This document shows positions 54,094 through 64,000 of a DNA stretch of 64,000 nucleotides, piece after piece. This stretch comes from an uncultured Veillonellaceae bacterium (GTDB lineage: Bacteria > Bacillota > Negativicutes > JARBTT01): assembly GCA_963805085.1 (NCBI GenBank), contig CAWDTA010000002.1, positions 320,001 through 384,000 on the forward strand. The letters run 5' to 3'. Each line of letters starts with the position of its first letter. Within the stretch, counting starts at the first letter, position 1. Below the pieces are notes generated by a model, which worked only from the letters and a program-made list of their open reading frames with translations, did no database searches and was not told the origin of the DNA. The position numbers and the translations under genes are program-made.

Positions 54094-55458
54094 TTATTTG
54101 CGTTTGTCATGCCAACCTTCAATATTGGTTTGGCGCGCTCTACCGATCCCCAGCGCTGCTGGTGGAACATCCTTGGTAATGGTTGAACCAGCACCCACAT
54201 AAGCACCTTTACCAATCGTAACTGGTGAGACCAAGTTAGAATTGCAGCCAACAAAAGCATCATCTTCAATGGTACTACGAAATTTACGTTTACCGTCATA
54301 ATTTACTGTAATCGTACCACACCCCATGTTAACACCAGAACCGATATCGGTATCCCCGATATAACTTAAATGTGGTAATTTTGAACCTTCACCTATAGTG
54401 GAATTTTTCACTTCGACGAAGTTGCCAATTTTTACGCCTTTCGCAATTTTTGTAGCTGGACGTAAGTGTACATATGGCCCAATGATCACATCATCCGCAA
54501 TTTCACACTCATGTGCATAGGAGAAATGAGCCGTAACATTATCACCGATTGTTGTATCAGTAAATTTACTATTGGGCCCGATTTCACAACTTTCACCAAT
54601 CGTAGTACTACCTTCAAGCCAAGTAAACGGGTAGATAATCGTATCTTTACCAATAGTGACTTGCATGTCAATAAAAGTGCTAGCTGGATCCATAATCGTT
54701 ACACCATTATCCATGAGTTCTATCGTTTTGCGACGACGTAAAATATGTTCCGCACTCGCAAGCTGTACCCGTGAATTAATTCCCAAAGTTTGTTCATAAT
54801 CATCAGCAGCCACTGCCCAAACTTTTTCATTTTCTTTGCCTAGAATTTCTAAAACATCCGTTAAATAGTATTCCCCTTGCGCGTTATTACAATTTAATTT
54901 TGCTAAAGATTCAAATAGTGCCGCACGTTCAAAGCAATAAATACCAGAATTTACTTCATCGACGAGAAGTTCTTCAGCGCTAGCATCTTTTTGTTCGACG
55001 ATTTTACGAACCGTTCCACTTGCCGTTCTAATGATCCGACCATAGCCTGTCGCATTAGGCATTTTCGCCGTTAAAACAGTTGCTTTTGCCCCTGCTTTTT
55101 TATGTTCATTATATAATTTTGTTAGTAACTCACCTTGTAGCAGCGGAGTGTCACCGCAAAGCACCATAACTGTACCATCAAACTCTTTCAATAGCTGCTC
55201 AGCTTGCATTACTGCATGTCCAGTGCCTAATTGTTCCTCTTGCACCACAAATTCTGCTTGTGAGCCAATTGCCTCTTTTACAGTTTGCCCACCAAACCCA
55301 ACAACAACAACATTTTTTTCTGAACCAGCTTCATTTGCTGCATCCAGAACATGTTGCAACATCGGTTTACCACCAACACGATGCAAAACTTTCGGCAATA
55401 CCGATTTCATGCGAGTGCCTTTACCTGCGGCCAAAACGACAGTTAACAGCCCTGCCAT
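54094..55458 (-). CDS. glmU: Bifunctional GlmU
   Basis: LAAGKGTRMKS, hexapeptide repeats, HLSYIGD, NYDG. Confidence 0.97.
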   Translation of the reverse strand: MAGLLTVVLAAGKGTRMKSVLPKVLHRVGGKPMLQHVLDAANEAGSEKNVVVVGFGGQTVKEAIGSQAEFVVQEEQLGTGHAVMQAEQLLKEFDGTVMVLCGDTPLLQGELLTKLYNEHKKAGAKATVLTAKMPNATGYGRIIRTASGTVRKIVEQKDASAEELLVDEVNSGIYCFERAALFESLAKLNCNNAQGEYYLTDVLEILGKENEKVWAVAADDYEQTLGINSRVQLASAEHILRRRKTIELMDNGVTIMDPASTFIDMQVTIGKDTIIYPFTWLEGSTTIGESCEIGPNSKFTDTTIGDNVTAHFSYAHECEIADDVIIGPYVHLRPATKIAKGVKIGNFVEVKNSTIGEGSKLPHLSYIGDTDIGSGVNMGCGTITVNYDGKRKFRSTIEDDAFVGCNSNLVSPVTIGKGAYVGAGSTITKDVPPAALGIGRARQTNIEGWHDKRK

Positions 55459-55777
55459 AGTTATCCCTCCAATTCTAAAGTACCCTATCAATTTTTTGCT
55501 ATAAAATAAGAATGACTCCATGCTAGGTAATATCCCAAACAGCTAGAGTCATTTTTTGAAAAATATAAACAACACTATTTCTTCGACATACTATAAGGAA
55601 ATCCTGCTTAGAAGCCAGTAAAATTATAACGTATTGAAATATCATAAATAGTATCAATAAGGCAATACATCTTTCTATTGTAAAAATTATTCTTATGATT
55701 TGCAACCCTTTATTCGATAAAATTTTCACAAAAATAAGAAAAGCACTACTTTTCGCAGTACTTTTGACTAATAATAG

Positions 55778-56527
55778 TTATTTAACCAAATATTGTTCTA
55801 CTAAAATGACATCACTTAGTTTATCTACATCCATACCAATTTCTGGATATTCAGAGATAATGACAACCCCTTGCATTGCTAAAATTTTTGAAGCTCGCTC
55901 TTTTGCTGCCTTTACTGATAAATAACCAAAAACAAATTTCAGCAGTGTTATCCAGCCTAATAAAGAGGCCAATCGCCATGGTTTTTTTCGATTCGCAATA
56001 ATTTGTTTCGCAATACGCATACAATGAGGAATAATCTCAGGCTTCACCAAAAAGATATTGCCCCCAGTAAATGTTCCATCAGATAATTTCACGTAGGTTC
56101 GCTTGCCCTGCGGGAACTTTACTTCGCATACACTCTTTTCAATAATCGGATAATAAAAATCACCCTCCTCTGCTTGACATTGCATTAAAAAATCATCAAT
56201 TGCCGCAGCTGTGATAAAGGGAACATCTACTGTAACAATCAATGTTTTTCCCAGGGCGCCCAAGGCTGCTATTCCGTTTACCACTGTATCGAGAATCGTT
56301 TCACCACTTTGCACAAGTTTTACATTCTCTGGTAAATCAATCTTCGCTAGCATTTTCATTGGGCCCGCTATAATGATTTTGTCTATCTTTTCACTTTTAA
56401 GCAGCGCTTTTAAGACAAAATAAAGCATAGGTTTGCCCCCAATGTCGATGAAAGCTTCATACGTTCGTACATGATCTGCACTCAAATTTTTGCTTACACC
56501 ACCTGCTAATATAATAGCATTATACAT
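55778..56527 (-). CDS. MobA-like NTP transferase
   Basis: AIILAGG, TGGN, MDVDK. Confidence 0.85.
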   Translation of the reverse strand: MYNAIILAGGVSKNLSADHVRTYEAFIDIGGKPMLYFVLKALLKSEKIDKIIIAGPMKMLAKIDLPENVKLVQSGETILDTVVNGIAALGALGKTLIVTVDVPFITAAAIDDFLMQCQAEEGDFYYPIIEKSVCEVKFPQGKRTYVKLSDGTFTGGNIFLVKPEIIPHCMRIAKQIIANRKKPWRLASLLGWITLLKFVFGYLSVKAAKERASKILAMQGVVIISEYPEIGMDVDKLSDVILVEQYLVK

Positions 56528-56556
56528 TGTAGGCCTCCTATGCCAGTGACAAAAGA

Positions 56557-57246
56557 TTATTTTGGGTTTTTATCAAGATTCTCCATGCTAATCAATAAGG
56601 TTTGTTCTGATTTTTCCATATGATCTTCCGCTGCTTTTTGTGCAAGTTCTACATTGCCTTGGGCAATCGCCTCAACGATACGAATATGTTCTTCTAATGT
56701 CTCTTTTAAACGCCCTGGATAAGACATCGACGTAGAACGGAATCGCGTCAATTGTTCACGTAAATTATAAATAATACCAACCAAACGTGCATTACGGCTA
56801 GCCTGGTATAAAATATCATGGAACTCCATATCAGTTTCAACGATTTTGTCCATATCATTTTGCTCTATGTATTCACCAATCAAAACGAGCAACCGTTCTA
56901 ATCGTTCCAATTCTTCGTCAGTAATACGCTCTGCTGCCAGACCGCTTGCTAAAGAATCTAACGTTGTCCGAATTTCAAAAACTTCATTGACATCACGAAT
57001 TGAAAGGTTTGCTACATAAGTACCACGACGTGGCATCATAATGACATACCCCTCTAATTCTAGTTTACGAATTGCTTCACGGACAGGAGTGCGGCTTACG
57101 CCTAGTTCCTCTGCCAGTTGTATCTCCATTAGGCGCTCACCAGGTTTTAGCACCCCACCTCTAATGGCTTCACGTAATGTTTCGCAAACAACTTCACGTA
57201 AGGGTTGATAACTATCTAATTTTATTGGTGCTAATCTTCGTTGCAT
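56557..57246 (-). CDS. GntR/FCD transcriptional regulator
   Basis: LAEELGVSRTPVREA, FH. Confidence 0.93.
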   Translation of the reverse strand: MQRRLAPIKLDSYQPLREVVCETLREAIRGGVLKPGERLMEIQLAEELGVSRTPVREAIRKLELEGYVIMMPRRGTYVANLSIRDVNEVFEIRTTLDSLASGLAAERITDEELERLERLLVLIGEYIEQNDMDKIVETDMEFHDILYQASRNARLVGIIYNLREQLTRFRSTSMSYPGRLKETLEEHIRIVEAIAQGNVELAQKAAEDHMEKSEQTLLISMENLDKNPK

Positions 57247-57256
57247 AATTCTCCCC

Positions 57257-58120
57257 TCAATCTCCACAAACTGTTTTCGTCAGAATCACTTGAGTGTTAC
57301 TCAAGTCTTCTAATTTTTTTACGATATACTTCGCTTTGTCTTCATCCGGTGTAAGGCCAAATACCGTAGGCCCACTTCCCGACATTAAGCTTGCCATCGC
57401 ACCATGCTGTAACATCAATTTCTTAATCATAGCAATTTCAGCATGCTCTTTTATAGTAACACTTTCTAAAACATTACACAATAACTTACTGATACTTTGT
57501 AAATCGCCTTGTTCTAAGCATTTGATAATTTCTGTATTCTCTGGGTGCACATTTACACTTGCTGCATCGTAATTTTGATAAGCCCAAGCCGTCGATATCG
57601 ATACCTGTGGTTTTGCAAGAACAACATAACACGCTGGCATCGCTGGTAATGGCTTTAAAATTTCGCCGCGACCAGTTGCCAGCATCGTGCCACCTTGAAT
57701 GCAAAATGGAACATCTGAGCCGATTTGCGCCCCCAATTCACAAAGTTCATCATCGTATAAACCAAGATTAAACAGTTCATTTAAAGCCACGATCACTGCT
57801 GCCGCATCTGTGCTTCCACCAGCGAGCCCAGCAGCAATTGGAATTCGCTTGGTAAGTTCCATATAAATTCCTTGCTGAATAGCAAATTTATCTACGACAA
57901 GCTTTGCTGCTTTATATGCCAAATTACGTTCTATATTAGGTAGTCCAGGAATATCACTGATAAGATTAATCCCATCGCCTTTGGCGCCTAAGCGAACATC
58001 CAATAAATCTGATAGTTCTATTTGTTGCATGACCATCGCAACTTCATGATAATTGTCTGATCGCTTCCCTAAAATATCTAACGTCAAATTTATTTTCGCT
58101 CGTGCATCTACTGTTAACAT
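57257..58120 (-). CDS. ispE: 4-diphosphocytidyl-2-C-methyl-D-erythritol kinase
   Basis: AKINLTL, PIAAGLAGGS, GSDVPF, MSGSG. Confidence 0.97.
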   Translation of the reverse strand: MLTVDARAKINLTLDILGKRSDNYHEVAMVMQQIELSDLLDVRLGAKGDGINLISDIPGLPNIERNLAYKAAKLVVDKFAIQQGIYMELTKRIPIAAGLAGGSTDAAAVIVALNELFNLGLYDDELCELGAQIGSDVPFCIQGGTMLATGRGEILKPLPAMPACYVVLAKPQVSISTAWAYQNYDAASVNVHPENTEIIKCLEQGDLQSISKLLCNVLESVTIKEHAEIAMIKKLMLQHGAMASLMSGSGPTVFGLTPDEDKAKYIVKKLEDLSNTQVILTKTVCGD

Positions 58121-58129
58121 CACAATCAC

Positions 58130-58606
58130 CTATTCATCTCTTTTTATATCTTTTAAACTTTTTACTTCTTCTTCTGAAAACACTTCGTCAATATCTAATA
58201 AAATCAATAAGCGATTATTAACCTTACCAACACCTGGAACCTGTTTTATGTTTAGTTTGGCTGCAGCTGGTGGTATATCAATCTCAGTGGTCGGTATACT
58301 AAGCACTTCCGTAACACAATCGACGATGATGCCAAGCAACCGGTTATTAAAATCCACAACCATAATCCTGCTGCCATCGGTAGCCTCACTGACGGGTAAA
58401 CCAAAACGTTCTCTTAAATCAACAACAGGGATAATTTCGCCGCGTAAATTGATAACACCCTTCATAAACGCTGGTGATTTAGGTATTTTGGTAAGTGGCA
58501 TAAAACGATTGATATCTTTTACCTTGGTAATGGGCAGTGCATACTCTTCTGCGGATAAACGAAATGCTACGATTTGTAAATCTTCACCATTGTCCATTGC
58601 AGACAC
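58130..58606 (-). CDS. cheW: Chemotaxis coupling protein CheW
   Basis: GVINLRGEIIPVVDL. Confidence 0.93.
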   Translation of the reverse strand: MSAMDNGEDLQIVAFRLSAEEYALPITKVKDINRFMPLTKIPKSPAFMKGVINLRGEIIPVVDLRERFGLPVSEATDGSRIMVVDFNNRLLGIIVDCVTEVLSIPTTEIDIPPAAAKLNIKQVPGVGKVNNRLLILLDIDEVFSEEEVKSLKDIKRDE

Positions 58607-58685
58607 TCCACTCTCATTTAATGTATTAATAAAGCATTATTTCTACGTTATAGTGGTTTTTGCCTGCTAACAACATGTAAAAATT

Positions 58686-61364
58686 TTAAATAAAAGAATT
58701 TTTTAACAATGGTCTTATCGTTTCGTTGGTCATCATAAAATCAAGCAACGGCTGATCGCCTTCTTCTGCGCCAGCTCGATTCCTAATAAATTCTTGAATT
58801 GTTTCTATAGTTTCCTTATAATCTTCATAAAAAACGACAATAAAATCGCCTGCTATCGCGTTTTCCAATGCAACTTTAACCGCTTCTTTTTCCGCTAAAA
58901 TCGTCTTGATTTTTTCTGACGGAAAACCGATGGAACTTACACCTTCTTCTAATATACTTGCAGTTTCACCAACTTTACGTCCGCGTAGATCATTATCTTC
59001 TTTGATATATAATTGATCAAATCCCGCCCCCGCAGTTTTGCCAATATTAAAAATGACATCGTCGCGACGATCTCCGGGTACGCCAATGACGCCAACTAAA
59101 CGTTTTGTGCCAAGTTGCCTTACTGTATTGATAATTGCTTGATACCCAGCAAAATTATGACCGTAATCAACACAAACGTTAAAGTCATCAATGTGAAATA
59201 AATTTAACCTGCCAACATTATCAACAAAATTAGTTAACCCTTGTTTCACATGTTCTACATCAATCCCATATCCATAGCTTGCAGCAATCGCCGCCAATGC
59301 ATTTTGCACGTTATGTTTCGCCACACCGCCCAAGGTAACAGGGATGTCTTTTACATTTAAAATCACTTTTGCTTGATTGCCGCGCGCCAAATAAATCTTA
59401 TCATTTTTCATAAACACAGCTTTTCCACCAGCACCTAAATGCCGCCGAATGACGATGTTATTTTCCGTCATGCTAAAATAAATCACTTGCGCTTGTACCC
59501 TTGTTGCAAGTTTAGGAGCAAAGACATCATCGGCATTGATAACCGCCGTACCACTAACGTCTACCAATTCTAGCACCAAAGACTTGATATAGGCCAAATC
59601 CTCTAAGGTTTCAATGCCATCTTGCCCTAGATGATCTTCACTAATATTCGTTACAATGCCGACATCACAACGTTCAAAGCCAAGTCCAGCTTTCACAATA
59701 CCGCCACGTGCCGTTTCTAGTACAGCCACCTCGACGTTTTTATCATGCAAGACCATTTTAGCACTCATCGGACCACTACAATCTCCAACCATTTGACACT
59801 CTTGATTAAAAAAAACACCTTCTGTTGTCGTCATTCCTACATTAAAGCCAGCTTGCTGATAAATTGCACTGAGCATTCTAGTTACCGTCGTCTTGCCATT
59901 TGTTCCTGTAATCGCAAGAATCGGAATTCTGCCATTACCGCCATACGGAAATAAATAATCAACAATTTTACCACCGACATCACGAGCTTGTCCTGCACTA
60001 GGATAATGATGCATTCGAATTCCCGGAGCAGCATTGATCTCAATGACTGCGCCATTTTTACCATTGATAGGTTTACTGATGTCATCAGCAATGATATCCA
60101 TACCCATGATATCCAGACCAATCATTTTAGCAATTCTTTGTGCAAGCAAGACATTATCGGGATGGACAATTGCCGTGACATCGACTGCAGTACCACCCGT
60201 ACTAAGATTTGCCGTTTCCTTAATCTTTACAATTCGCTTTACTTCTGGCACAAGGTTTGGCGTAAGTTGCTGCGCTTCTAGTACCAATAAAGAAATTGCG
60301 TCTAAGGTAATCTTCGTCAAGGGTTTCCCATGCCCTTCACCGCGCAAGGGATGTTGATTGGCGATTTCTACAAGCTGCGCTACTGTATGCTCGCCATCAC
60401 CAATCACATAGGCGGGAATCCGTTCCGCCGCAGCGACCAATTGATCATTCACCATACAAAAACGATACTGTCTACCAGAGATATAGCTTTCCACCAGAAC
60501 TTCGTGGTCGTAAGCACGTGCTACTTGAAAGGCTTGTTTGATTTCATTTTCTTGGCAGACATTGACTGTAACCCCGCGACCATGACTGCCCGCAAGCGGT
60601 TTTAAGACAGCATTAGTACCTAGTTCACGCCAAGCTTCAACGGCTTCTGCTTCACTTGTTACGATAAAATTACGCGGCACACTGACCCCATGCTCTGCTA
60701 AAAATTTAGTTGTTAAATATTTATTCGCGACTAAATCTGTAGCGAGCAAGCTGGTTTTTTCACTTACCGTTGACCATATTTTTTTCACATGTTTACCGTG
60801 ACCTAAGATCAATAAGTCTTCATCCGCAAAACGAGTCGTCGGAATGTTACGTATTTTTGCCGCTTGATAAATCGCTGCGGCACTAGGTCCTAATTGGAGG
60901 TCATAATGCAATTCTTTTATTTTTTTGATTTGCGTAGCCAAATCAAAAGTTTCGCCTAATATCATGGCATTTAAAAAGCGTTCAACTAAATATGCACATT
61001 TTTTAGCGATTGTTTCCGTTCTATACGTGACCACGACATCATAGATTCCTGTTTGATCACTAACTCTAGTCTTGCCATAGCTTACTTGATCACCGCAGAT
61101 ATTTTGTAATTCCAATAATACATGCTCAAATATATGCGCTAAGTAAGTCCCTTCTTTCAACCGCTCAACAAACCCACCACGATGACCAACGGAGCAATGA
61201 TGTTCGTGCAAACTAGGTAATTGCTCTACTAACCGCTCGACAAATCCATCTATCTCTGAGCTAGGGATATCTACGTATTTTCCTAATGACAATTTGATCC
61301 ACAGCACAGGGCGATAACTAAAAACATTCGCACCCCTCAGCACATTGATCTTCAATATTTTCAT
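58686..61364 (-). CDS. cphA: Cyanophycin synthetase
   Basis: ATP-grasp plus Mur ligase domains (ANLSTGG, EINAAPG, TGTNGKTT, ETARGG, DYGHN). Confidence 0.95.
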   Translation of the reverse strand: MKILKINVLRGANVFSYRPVLWIKLSLGKYVDIPSSEIDGFVERLVEQLPSLHEHHCSVGHRGGFVERLKEGTYLAHIFEHVLLELQNICGDQVSYGKTRVSDQTGIYDVVVTYRTETIAKKCAYLVERFLNAMILGETFDLATQIKKIKELHYDLQLGPSAAAIYQAAKIRNIPTTRFADEDLLILGHGKHVKKIWSTVSEKTSLLATDLVANKYLTTKFLAEHGVSVPRNFIVTSEAEAVEAWRELGTNAVLKPLAGSHGRGVTVNVCQENEIKQAFQVARAYDHEVLVESYISGRQYRFCMVNDQLVAAAERIPAYVIGDGEHTVAQLVEIANQHPLRGEGHGKPLTKITLDAISLLVLEAQQLTPNLVPEVKRIVKIKETANLSTGGTAVDVTAIVHPDNVLLAQRIAKMIGLDIMGMDIIADDISKPINGKNGAVIEINAAPGIRMHHYPSAGQARDVGGKIVDYLFPYGGNGRIPILAITGTNGKTTVTRMLSAIYQQAGFNVGMTTTEGVFFNQECQMVGDCSGPMSAKMVLHDKNVEVAVLETARGGIVKAGLGFERCDVGIVTNISEDHLGQDGIETLEDLAYIKSLVLELVDVSGTAVINADDVFAPKLATRVQAQVIYFSMTENNIVIRRHLGAGGKAVFMKNDKIYLARGNQAKVILNVKDIPVTLGGVAKHNVQNALAAIAASYGYGIDVEHVKQGLTNFVDNVGRLNLFHIDDFNVCVDYGHNFAGYQAIINTVRQLGTKRLVGVIGVPGDRRDDVIFNIGKTAGAGFDQLYIKEDNDLRGRKVGETASILEEGVSSIGFPSEKIKTILAEKEAVKVALENAIAGDFIVVFYEDYKETIETIQEFIRNRAGAEEGDQPLLDFMMTNETIRPLLKNSFI

Positions 61365-61375
61365 TACATAGCCTC

Positions 61376-62188
61376 CTATTTGTGTGAAACATATGGTCTA
61401 CGAGTATGCAAATCATAACCGAAGCCATCTGGTAAAATATGCAACGTAACATTCGTAATTGCCAATGGATCAAAAAGACTAGAATCTGAAATATTGGAAT
61501 GTACAATCTGTCTGCCATCTAGAATTGTCACCGTTTGCGATCCAACAACGTGGCATTTACCACTAGCTTCCACGAGTAGTGCCGTATCTTCATCGACCCC
61601 GACTCCAATCACATTCGGATTTTGCGCAACAACGGCGAGCAGTCGGTTAATTCTGCCCCTTTGGGCAAAATGCTGGTCAATTACTACCTTATCAATGAGT
61701 CCCATGCCTTCTGCCATGCTAATTGTCGATTTTTTTGGTGTTTCACTTGAGTCACCACTAACAATCATCGTATGACTCATAACTGAAGCACCAGCACTGG
61801 TGCCCGCAATCACCCCCCCCTGTGCAAAGGTCTGCTTAATCGCTTGATCAATAGTCGAACCGCCTAAAATACTCGTCAATCTGAGTTGATCACCACCGGT
61901 AAAAAAAACACCTGTATACATTGAAAAATGATCCGCTAAATGTTGATCAAAGGCCCGGGTCCGATCGGCAACATGAATGATATCTACTACTTCCGCTCCG
62001 AGCCACTCAAATACCATTTTATATTCAATGCCGACTTCTTCCGGTAACTGTGTTGCTGTGGTAAGTACCGCGATCTTCGCTTCCCTTCCACCCGCCTTTT
62101 CAATAAAAGTACGAAGGATATAACATTCTCCCGTTTTATCCTCATTGCCCCCGATAATCAATAATACCCCTTCAGCCTTGCTTTGCAT
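61376..62188 (-). CDS. cphB: Cyanophycinase
   Basis: TGGDQ, GTSAGA, DQHF..RGR. Confidence 0.95.
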   Translation of the reverse strand: MQSKAEGVLLIIGGNEDKTGECYILRTFIEKAGGREAKIAVLTTATQLPEEVGIEYKMVFEWLGAEVVDIIHVADRTRAFDQHLADHFSMYTGVFFTGGDQLRLTSILGGSTIDQAIKQTFAQGGVIAGTSAGASVMSHTMIVSGDSSETPKKSTISMAEGMGLIDKVVIDQHFAQRGRINRLLAVVAQNPNVIGVGVDEDTALLVEASGKCHVVGSQTVTILDGRQIVHSNISDSSLFDPLAITNVTLHILPDGFGYDLHTRRPYVSHK

Positions 62189-62239
62189 GTTATCCCCCAA
62201 ATCATTATCAATACTTTTATACGAAATAAAACTCTATAT

Positions 62240-62270
62240 ATTATTTGCCAATAAATCGAAATTTATATAC
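62240..62270 (-). promoter_or_regulatory. SigF/SigG-like promoter for cphBA
   Basis: GTATA-N16-GGCAAATAAT. Confidence 0.5.
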
Positions 62271-62347
62271 ATGATATTTTTAAAATCACCAATCTGATAA
62301 AAAAAACATATAATGATACACAACAAAATAAATTCAGGAGGTCTCTC

Positions 62348-62725
62348 ATGAATATTTACACACAAAAAAAGCGCACAATTACAACACTGAGTAATGCTAA
62401 AATCTCCATTGTAAAAAGTGCGCGTTTATTAACAATTTCAGATGCAGATACACCAATTTATCAATATCCTATTGCCATTGGCAAGCCGAGCACACCTACG
62501 CCTGTCGGAAATTATGTAATCGCCACCAAAATCAACAATCCCGGCGGACTCCTCGGTTCACGTTGGCTTGGCCTAAATTATGATGCTTATGGCATTCATG
62601 GAACCAATAAGCCTTGGCTTATCGGCGAAATGGTTTCTAATGGCTGCATCCGAATGCACAATGATAACGTCGAAATTCTTTACTCATTGGTTATCTTAGG
62701 CACCCCCGTTTATATCCGGGATTAA
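62348..62725 (+). CDS. L,D-transpeptidase (YkuD) domain protein
   Basis: YGIHGT...SNGCIRM. Confidence 0.92.
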   Translation: MNIYTQKKRTITTLSNAKISIVKSARLLTISDADTPIYQYPIAIGKPSTPTPVGNYVIATKINNPGGLLGSRWLGLNYDAYGIHGTNKPWLIGEMVSNGCIRMHNDNVEILYSLVILGTPVYIRD

Positions 62726-63478
62726 GGAGATTAACATCGCTGCAACCTCTCCAGCCATCGCACAGCGCGCAAGCAAAAACAACTTTAACTCTGCTCTTGT
62801 TTCAGCATCGTTTAACCATTCTTCGGGAATATTGTCAACAATTTGATCTAACTGTTCCTTAGTAATCGCTTGAAATTTCTCTACGTAAGGCGTAAAATCA
62901 CTTTCTTGCAAATAATGGCGGAGCAAAGTTCCATACGCACGTCGTTTGTTTAATTTAACCCCATTAATCATAATCGCTAGATTTTCCTTATTCCACCTAC
63001 CACTACCAAATAAATGTGAGTTATCAATCGCATACATGCGATAACCATCAATTTCACGACGAATTAGCATATTTTTCCCATTTAAGGTTCGGTCTACATT
63101 ATGAAATAAATGATCAAATAACATGACGCCAGCAAATTCTTTTTTATTGGTTACCGCATGTAAATGATAACGATGCACATACTTGCTACCACGTAAATAA
63201 TACGTCGCAAAATGCAAACCTTCCATAACTTTCAAACGCATCAATCTTTTAGAACTGCTAATGAACTCGTCTGTGAACATAATCGTATCACTTGCCGGAA
63301 AGCAAAGATCTATCAGGACACCCAAACGGCTGGCAATAAATTCATTGACTAAAACCTTCATTCCTAAACGATTATTTTTTAATTTCACCACATAGACATT
63401 ATCATCATCGGCTCTGATTAATTGTGGTACTGTTACGCCAATACCGATCGAACCAATATACTCTTTTGCATAAAGCAT
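62696..63478 (-). CDS. HipA-like kinase
   Basis: YVVK, NEFIA, FD...NVDR, N, AIDNS. Confidence 0.8.
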   Translation of the reverse strand: MLYAKEYIGSIGIGVTVPQLIRADDDNVYVVKLKNNRLGMKVLVNEFIASRLGVLIDLCFPASDTIMFTDEFISSSKRLMRLKVMEGLHFATYYLRGSKYVHRYHLHAVTNKKEFAGVMLFDHLFHNVDRTLNGKNMLIRREIDGYRMYAIDNSHLFGSGRWNKENLAIMINGVKLNKRRAYGTLLRHYLQESDFTPYVEKFQAITKEQLDQIVDNIPEEWLNDAETRAELKLFLLARCAMAGEVAAMLISLIPDINGGA

Positions 63479-63585
63479 CGTTCATCCTCCTCATAAATAA
63501 CACCTCGAAATGATACATCATATGAGAACATTTCCTTCTTATGCAGAAAATGCACGCTAAAAATATAGCGTGCATTTCTTCTTTT

Positions 63586-63999
63586 TCATTTATTAAGACT
63601 TACAAACCAGCTTGCGATCCAACCGGTTGTATTACCATCTGGCAATACAACTTTATACCAACCAAAAGCCTGTTCTTTAATGGTTACAACACTACCTTTG
63701 CTGATTTTACTAACGGATGGGTAATCTGTTCCTGGCCCCGTACGGACATTGACACCATTACCAGTCAATGTGCCGGTTTTCCCACTGATTGACATGTCAG
63801 TGCCAGCAGTAGGTGGCACGGTTTCCATAACGGTAACACTCTCTGGCACGACTGGTTGTGGTGTCATCGGTGGTACTGCTGGTTGTGGTCCATACATCAT
63901 CTGATTATAAGAAACCTGCTCTTCACTAAATTCTGAAGCAGCAACATTTTCATTAGCAATACCCACAGCCGGATATGGAAAAGGCTGCTCAGGAGGTCC
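63586..63999 (-). CDS. SH3b domain protein (5' end outside the window)
   Basis: GVNVRTGPGT...GWYKV...GWIAS; frame open to the window edge. Confidence 0.8.
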   Translation of the reverse strand, partial: GPPEQPFPYPAVGIANENVAASEFSEEQVSYNQMMYGPQPAVPPMTPQPVVPESVTVMETVPPTAGTDMSISGKTGTLTGNGVNVRTGPGTDYPSVSKISKGSVVTIKEQAFGWYKVVLPDGNTTGWIASWFVSLNK

Positions 64000-64000
64000 C

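Noticed and set aside
58053-58670. 205-aa + strand ORF
   Set aside because: Antisense to cheW/ispE

Overview
AT-rich chromosomal window from a spore-forming Bacillota member, most likely Negativicutes (inferred from the ispE-gntR-NTase-glmU-prs-pth order, cphBA and orphan tctC genes). About 1-35.5 kb is a decaying accessory island. It holds a type I-B CRISPR-Cas operon (cas6-cas8b1-cas7-cas5-cas3-cas4 start; no array in the window) and three copies or relics of a divergent 'hypothetical/xre' switch cassette next to defence/TA-like cargo (RhuM, YhcG nuclease, Fic, AlbA/RecG-C regulator). It also has four orphan TctC binding proteins, integrase and resolvase relics, a solitary CRISPR-like repeat and a PfkB kinase-glycosyltransferase-nucleotidyltransferase operon with an MFS pump. 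Three extracellular-type CAZymes without signal peptides (GH30, GH43, GH31-FN3-CBM20) are interleaved with a collapsed prophage that keeps only late regulators and holin-like genes. About 35.7-46.4 kb is a sigma54-controlled Gat-type PTS/pentose-phosphate cluster, probably for a pentitol. About 46.7-64 kb is mostly core genes (fetAB, pth, prs, glmU, ispE, cheW, cyanophycin cphBA). The best novelty candidates are holin/lysis-dependent release of leaderless CAZymes and the repeated xre/operator-swapped cassette. All calls come from reading the sequence and recalled family motifs; no searches were run.
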